Positions 55,756 to 64,000 of a DNA stretch of 64,000 nucleotides are shown in pieces (position 1 is the stretch's first letter; every line of letters begins with the position of its first letter). Source of the DNA: Eledone cirrhosa (lineage: Eukaryota); the NCBI GenBank assembly GCA_964016885.1, contig OZ024740.1, positions 412,424,001-412,488,000 of the forward strand. The letters run 5' to 3'. The translations under genes were made by a program, and so were the position numbers. The notes under the pieces are model-generated. The model did no database searches. It was not told the origin of the DNA and was given only the letters and a program-made list of their open reading frames with translations.

Positions 55756-58700
55756 GAAAATTTAAGTAAGTAAGTAAAAAATGTTTAAAAAATTTTTTTT
55801 AAAAAATATTTTCTTATTTTACGTCTTTTATATTATTGTTCTGCACCCTCCTGCATTGAACCACCTAGGTACTATGACATAACCTGTGTATTTGCTGGCA
55901 TGGACGTTCATCTGTGCGCCTATGTTAGTTGATATATTAAATTATCTATATTTATCTCCAAATCACTGATTTGTCGAGCAAACCTGCCAAAACCACTTCA
56001 AAATTTTTTTTGGGGTGTTAGTAGGCGTCAGTCATCTTACCATCCCATTCCTTCTAACTAGCCTCTATGTCACGTGATTGATTCTTTAGAATCGGCCATT
56101 TGACTGGAAGCAGTGAGAATTTCAGTACATAGAATCCAGTCCTCGCCTAGCTGTTCTTTCTACCGAATTATTATTTTTATATGAGCCGCCAGTGTCCGCG
56201 CATTGCCTGGAGGCTCAGCTGAGAAAAGACTCCCTGATGACGCAATGAATTCTCGACAGTTGGATTATGTAACTGTCTTAACCCATTGCATAAACTAATT
56301 AGTTGGAGTGAAAATTTAAGTAAGTAAGTAAAAAATTTAAAAAAAATTTTTTTTTTTAAATATTTTCTTATTTTACGTCTTTTATATTATTGTTCTGCAC
56401 CCTCCTGCATTGAACCACCTACGTACTATGACATAACCTGTGTATTTGCTGGCATGGACGTGCATCTGTGCGCCTATGTTAGTTGATATATTAAATTATC
56501 TATATTTATATCCAAATCACTGATTTGTCGAGCAAACCTGCCAAAACCACTTCAAAATTTTTTTTGGGGTGTTAGTAGGCGTCAGTCATCTTACCATCCC
56601 ATTCCTTCTAACTAGCCTCTATGTCACGTGATTGATTCTTTAGAATCGGCCATTTGACTGGAAGCAGTGAGAATTTCAGTACATAGAATCCAGTCCTCGC
56701 CTAGCTGTTCTTTCTACCGAATTATTATTTTTATATGAGCCGCCAGTGTCCGCGCATTGCCTGGAGGCTCAGCTGAGAATAGACTCCCTGATGACGCAAT
56801 GAATTCTCGACAGTTGGATTATGTAACTGTGTTTATCCCATTGCAGAAACTAATTAGTTGGAGTGAAAATTTAAGTAAGTAAGTAAAAAATTTTTAAAAC
56901 ATTTTTTTAAAAAATATTTTCTTATTTTACGTCTTTTATATTATTGTTCTGCACCCTCCTGCATTGAACCACCTAGGTACTATGACATAACCTGTGTATT
57001 TGCTGGCATGGACGTGCATCTGTGCGCCTATGTTAGTTGATATATTAAATTATCTATATTTATCTCCAAATCACTGATTTGTCGAGCAAACCTGCCAAAA
57101 CCACTTCAAAATTTTTTTTGGGGTGTTAGTAGGCGTCAGTCATCTTACCATCCCATTCCTTCTAACTAGCCTCTATGTCACGTGATTGATTCTTTAGAAT
57201 CGGCCATTTGACTGGAAGCAGTGAGAATTTCAGTACATAGAATCCAGTCCTCGCCTAGCTGTTCTTTCTACCGAATTATTATTTTTATATATAGCCGCCA
57301 GTGTCCGCGCATTGCCTGGAGGCTCAGCTGAGAATAGACTCCCTGATGACGCAATGAATTCTCGACAGTTGGATTATGTAACTGTCTTTATCCCATTGCA
57401 GAAACTAATTAGTTGGAGTGAAAATTTAAGTAAGTAAGTAAAAAATGTTTAAAAAAATTTTTTTAAAAAATATTTTCTTATTTTACGTCTTTTATATTAT
57501 TGTTCTGCACCCTCCTGCATTGAACCACCTAGGTACTATGACATAACCTGTGTATTTGCTGGCATGGACGTGCATCTGTGCGCCTATGTTAGTTGATATA
57601 TTAAATTATCTATATTTATCTCCAAATCACTGATTTGTCGAGCAAACCTGCCAAAACCACTTCAAAATTTTTTTTGGGGTGTTAGTAGGCGTCAGTCATC
57701 TTACCATCCCATTCCTTCTAACTAGCCTCTATGTCACGTGATTGATTCTTTAGAATCGGCCATTTGACTGGAAGCAGTGAGAATTTCAGTACATAGAATC
57801 CAGTCCTCGCCTAGCTGTTCTTTCTACCGAATTATTATTTTTATATGAGCCGCCAGTGTCCGCGCATTGCCTGGAGGCTCAGCTGAGAATAGACTCCCTG
57901 ATGACGCAATGAATTCTCGACAGTTGGATTATGTAACTGTCTTTATCCCATTGCAGAAACTAATTAGTTGGAGTGAAAATTTAAGTAAGTAAGTAAAAAA
58001 TTAAAAAAAAAATTTTTTTTAAAAATATTTTCTTATTTTACGTCTTTTATATTATTGTTCTGCACCCTCCTGCATTGAACCACCTACGTACTATGACATA
58101 ACCTATGTATTTGCTGGCATGGACGTGCATCTGTGCGCCTATGTTAGTTGATATATTAAATTATCTATATTTATCTCCAAATCACTGATTTGTCGAGCAA
58201 ACCTGCCAAAACCACTTCAAAATTTTTTTTGGGGTGTTAGTAGGCGTCAGTCATCTTACCATCCCATTCCTTCTAACTAGCCTCTATGTCACGTGATTGA
58301 TTCTTTAGAATCGGCCATTTGACTGGAAGCAGTGAGAATTTCAGTACATAGAATCCAGTCCTCGCCTAGCTGTTCTTTCTACCGAATTATTATTTTTATA
58401 TGAGCCGCCAGTGTCCGCGCATTGCCTGGAGGCTCAGCTGAGAATAGACTCCCTGATGACGCAATGAATTCTCGACAGTTGGATTATGTAACTGTCTTTA
58501 TCCCATTGCAGAAACTAATTAGTTGGAGTGAAAATTTAAGTAAGTAAGTAAAAAATTTTTAAAAAATTTTTTTAAAAAATATTTTCTTATTTTACGTCTT
58601 TTATATTATTGTTCTGCACCCTCCTGCATTGAACCACCTAGGTACTATGACATAACCTGTGTATTTGCTGGCATGGACGTGCATCTGTGCGCCTATGTTA

Positions 58701-60815
58701 GTTGATATATTAAATTATCTATATTTATCTCCAAATCACTGATTTGTCGAGCAAACCTGCCAAAACCACTTCAAAATTTTTTTTGGGGTGTTAGTAGGCG
58801 TCAGTCATCTTACCATCCCATTCCTTCTAACTAGCCTCTATGTCACGTGATTGATTCTTTAGAATCGGCCATTTGACTGGAAGCAGTGAGAATTTCAGTA
58901 CATAGAATCCAGTCCTCGCCTAGCTGTTCTTTCTACCGAATTATTATTTTTATATGAGCCGCCAGTGTCCGCGCATTGCCTGGAGGCTCAGCTGAGAATA
59001 GACTCCCTGATGACGCAATGAATTCTCGACAGTTGGATTATGTAACTGTCTTTATCCCATTGCAGAAACTAATTAGTTGGAGTGAAAATTTAAGTAAGTA
59101 AGTAAAAAATGTTTAAAAAATTTTTTAAAAAAAATATTTTCTTATTTTACGTCTTTTATATTATTGTTCTGCACCCTCCTGCATTGAACCACCTAGGTAC
59201 TATGACATAACCTGTGTATTTGCTGGCATGGACGTGCATCTGTGCGCCTATGTTAGTTGATATATTAAATTATCTATATTTATCTCCAAATCACTGATTT
59301 GTCGAGCAAACCTGCCAAAACCACTTCAAAATTTTTTTTGGGGTGTTAGTAGGCGTCAGTCATCTTACCATCCCATTCCTTCTAACTAGCCTCTATGTCA
59401 CGTGATTGATTCTTTAGAATCGGCCATTTGACTGGAAGCAGTGAGAATTTCAGTACATAGAATCCAGTCCTCGCCTAGCTGTTCTTTCTACCGAATTATT
59501 ATTTTTATATGAGCCGCCAGTGTCCGCGCATTGCCTGGAGGCTCAGCTGAGAATAGACTCCCTGATGACGCAATGAATTCTCGACAGTTGGATTATGTAA
59601 CTGTCTTTATCCCATTGCAGAAACTAATTAGTTGGAGTGAAAATTTAAGTAAGTAAGTAAAAAATTTTAAAAAAAATTTTTTAAAAAGTATTTTCTTATT
59701 TTACGTCTTTTATATTATTGTTCTGCACCCTCCTGCATTGAACCACCTAGGTACTATGACATAACCTGTGTATTTGCTGGCATGGACGTGCATCTGTGCG
59801 CCTATGTTAGTTGATATATTAAATTATCTATATTTATCTCCAAATCACTGATTTGTCGAGCAAACCTGCCAAAACCACTTCAAAATTTTGTTTGGGGTGT
59901 TAGTAGGCGTCAGTCATCTTACCATCCCATTCCTTCTAACTAGCCTCTATGTCACGTGATTGATTCTTTAGAATCGGCCATTTGACTGGAAGCAGTGAGA
60001 ATTTCAGTACATAGAATCCAGTCCTCGCCTAGCTGTTCTTTCTACCGAATTATTATTTTTATATATAGCCGCCAGTGTCCGCGCATTTCCTGGAGGCTCA
60101 GCTGAGAATAGACTCCCTGATGACGCAATGAATTCTCGATAGTTGGATTATGTAACTGTCTTTATCCCATTGCAGAAACTAATTAGTTGGAGTGAACATT
60201 TAAGTAAGTAAGTAACAAATTTTTAAAAAAATTTTTTTTAAAAATATTTTCTTATTTTACGTCTTTTATATTATTGTTCTGCACCCTCCTGCATTGAACC
60301 ACCTAGGTACTATGACATAACCTGTGTATTTGCTGGTATGGACGTGCATCTGTGCGCCTATGTTAGTTGATATATTAAATTATCTATATTTATCTCCAAA
60401 TCACTGATTTGTCGAGCAAACCTGCCAAAACCACTTCAAAATTTTTTTTGGGGTGTTAGTAGGCGTCAGTCATCTTACCATCCCATTCCTTCTAACTAGC
60501 CTCTATGTCACGTGATTGATTCTTTAGAATCGGCCATTTGACTGGAAGCAGTGAGAATTTCAGTACATAGAATCCAGTCCTCGCCTAGCTGTTCTTTCTA
60601 CCGAATTATTATTTTTATATGAGCCGCCAGTGTCCGCGCATTGCCTGGAGGCTCAGCTGAGAATAGACTCCCTGATGACGCAATGAATTCTCGACAGTTG
60701 GATTATGTAACTGTCTTTATCCCATTGCAGAAACTAATTAGTTGGAGTGAAAATTTAAGTAAGTAAGTAAAAAATTTTTAAAAAATTTTTTTAAAAAATA
60801 TTTTCTTATTTTACG

Positions 60816-61412
<597 letters not shown>

Positions 61413-61843
61413 TATGTTTGAATATCTATGAGTCTGTCTGCGCTTAACTATTTATGTATATTTATATATATGTGAAGACATGGCTTTGTTAGAACTCACG
61501 ATTCACAATCGTGAGTTTGTCATTTCACCGATACAACCCGATCCGGGAAATGAACTGACAAACTTCCCGGATCAGGTTGTATCCTTGAGAAAGAACATTT
61601 ATCTTACGTTGGTCCAGTCCAAGCTGCGCAAATATGTTGTGACGTCACTGGTGTCAAGCAGTAGCCACTTTTCACTTGGACAACATCGAACTTGTTGGGA
61701 GTGGAGACTGGTACGCATGCGTGATTTTTAGTCTTCCACATGGTCACCCATGGTTGTTCCGTGAAAGAGAATATTCTTGGTGAAAAAACCCATGGTCATT
61801 CGTGTATGGACTGTTTATTACATATGGATTCATGGATGTTTGT

Positions 61844-61946
<103 letters not shown>

Positions 61947-62181
61947 TGTATATATATATATATATATATGGAGAGAGAGAGAGAGAGCGAGAGAGAGAGC
62001 GCCTTATACATATATATGTGTGTGTATAAACTTATATATATATATATGTGTGTGTGTGTATGTTTATTAATGTATATATATATATGTGTTTATTAAAATA
62101 ACAGATTAAAGTTTAAGAAAAGAATCGGTGCTTTTACCCATAACGAGATCTGCGGATTTTAGCCTTCATATTTATTATTAT

Positions 62182-62248
<67 letters not shown>

Positions 62249-62528
62249 ACACACGTGTGCTTGTGTGTGTACGTATGTGTGCTTTCTATTGATATTTGAC
62301 GAAAGGATACAAGTGACACACCTTCTCAGAACCCCACCTGTCTGCCACTTGCTGGCGAACAAAATCAAATCACCTCTTTTCTTAACAATTGCTTTTTTTC
62401 CAACATTTGTTCACTAATCCGCTGTATTTTGGGTTAATCCTTGCAATATCCTCATTGGAGTTGACCTGGCTTTCTCAACAATCTTAACTGTTTCAAGCCC
62501 AGCACAACATTCTCTAACTAAATCGCTA

Positions 62529-63100
62529 AATAATTGTTTCTACTTTTGGGAGATGGCCAGCAATTATCACAGTATATTACTGGTACTTTATTTTATCGAC
62601 CCCGTAAAGATGAAAGTCAAAATTAACCTCGGCGAGATTTGAACTAGACCCTAAAGGGCCGTAACTCTTTGTTGCAAGGTATGGCGTCCGACCCTCTACC
62701 GATACTGCAATCCCCAAATAATTGTTTCTACTTTTGGCACAAAGCCAGCAATTATTCCAGTGCATTACTGGTACTTTATTGTCTCGACCCCGTAAGGATG
62801 AAAGGCAAAGTTAACCTCGGCGGGATTTGAACTCAGATCATAAAGGGCCGTAACTCTATGCTACAAAGCATTGTGTCCGATTCTCTACCAATACTGCCAA
62901 TTCACCGCCAAATAATTGTTTCTACTTTTGGCACAAGGCCAGCAATTAGCCAGTACATTAGTGGTACTTTATTTTATCGACCCCGTAAGGATGAAAGGCA
63001 AAGTTAACCTTGGTGGGATTTGAACACAGATTGTAAAGGGACGTAACTACGCTGGAAAGCATGTTCGACCCTCTACCGATACTGCCAATTCACCGCCAAA
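62529..63100 (-). mobile_element. Three tandem SINE copies (Nin/Deu-like core, ~190-bp period)
   Basis: aataattgtttctacttttgg at ~62529, 62718 and 62911. Each copy has a B box and the core. Confidence 0.85.
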
Positions 63101-63403
63101 TAATGACACATGTTCATGATTTTTAATATCGTTTACACATTCATTGTATATATTATCGTACGATTTTACTCACAGTCACACACATATGCCAGCAATATAT
63201 TACCAACGTGATCAAGGATCTAAGAAAGAATTCTATAAATTTCAAAACGCCTGATCACTAGACTTGGTAGAACTAAGTACACGTTATAAACCATTTGATC
63301 TCTAAAGAATATCGACCATCAAAAAAGTTATTCTTATCATTTTACTTTCAAATACAGTACCAACACTTTTCATTTTATAATATATATATATGTATATATA
63401 TAT

Positions 63404-63478
<75 letters not shown>

Positions 63479-64000
63479 TGGTTCGTCAAGTATGAAATTT
63501 GTAGAAACTTGTAAAAAGAAAGAAATTTCTACAAATGTTATACTTGTTAACAAAATAGGTGTGGGTGTGTACGTATGTGTGCGTTTTTATGACTTTATGT
63601 ACATGCATGTGTATATGTGTGTACCTATCCTTTATTGAAATTAATGCAGGTGTAAACCACTTTCACCAAGCAATGCGATAACATGTTTCTAAGATAAATC
63701 AATGTGTATACAAGGAACGAATAACTGTTTCGTTTGTAGCTAGCAACAGAAGATGTTTACTAACCGGTACCAGATCTGATTGCAGCCTATACTTTCCAAG
63801 AGAGCGGAGGGGGAAAATTGGGGAGGGATAAACATATGTTTATCTCGTTACACGTTTTTTACTCGTTATCAGGCTCAAGGCAATTCATAATTACATAATT
63901 ACATATTAAATACACGTATAACGAGAGGGATCATATCCTTGCGTCATGCACCCTTCCGAAAAGTGCAAACTTGTATTGATGTATGTATGTACTGAAGTAC

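Larger units (their letters stand above)
54960..60821. repeat. ~555-bp tandem array with one HHR per unit: one inverted unit (54960-55488), then ~9.6 direct units
   Basis: Marker aacctgcc at 55981, 56535, 57089, 57645, 58200, 58754, 59309, 59863 and 60419. (TA)n on both flanks. Confidence 0.95.

Noticed and set aside
62330-62525. Minus-strand KIVEKARST..RIL peptide resembling a PLE linker
   Set aside because: Too short and interrupted to support without a search.

Overview
AT-rich, microsatellite-dense eukaryotic DNA with no recognisable host gene. The repeat content resembles an octopus or other cephalopod genome (inference). It is a nest of mobile elements inserted mostly into (TA)n tracts. 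These comprise one apparently intact Naiad-type Penelope-like element (PLE; RT + C-terminal GIY-YIG, 794 aa, with pLTRs), three damaged PLEs, a Tx1/L1-clade LINE in a (GATA)n tract, RTE, Helitron and Chapaev3-like relics, and tRNA-derived SINEs. The main hidden signal is about 45 type I hammerhead ribozyme (HHR) motifs from roughly ten sequence families, read by eye. About 24 lie in two homogeneous tandem arrays (312-bp and ~555-bp units, one HHR per unit). Each array is built as (TA)n / inverted arm / direct arm / (TA)n, which suggests retrozyme-like arrays mobilised by PLE machinery. Several dispersed HHRs have variant cores, including U3-A8 compensatory forms. Structures were folded manually and no cleavage activity is shown. 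Almost all short ORFs in the track are microsatellite artefacts.
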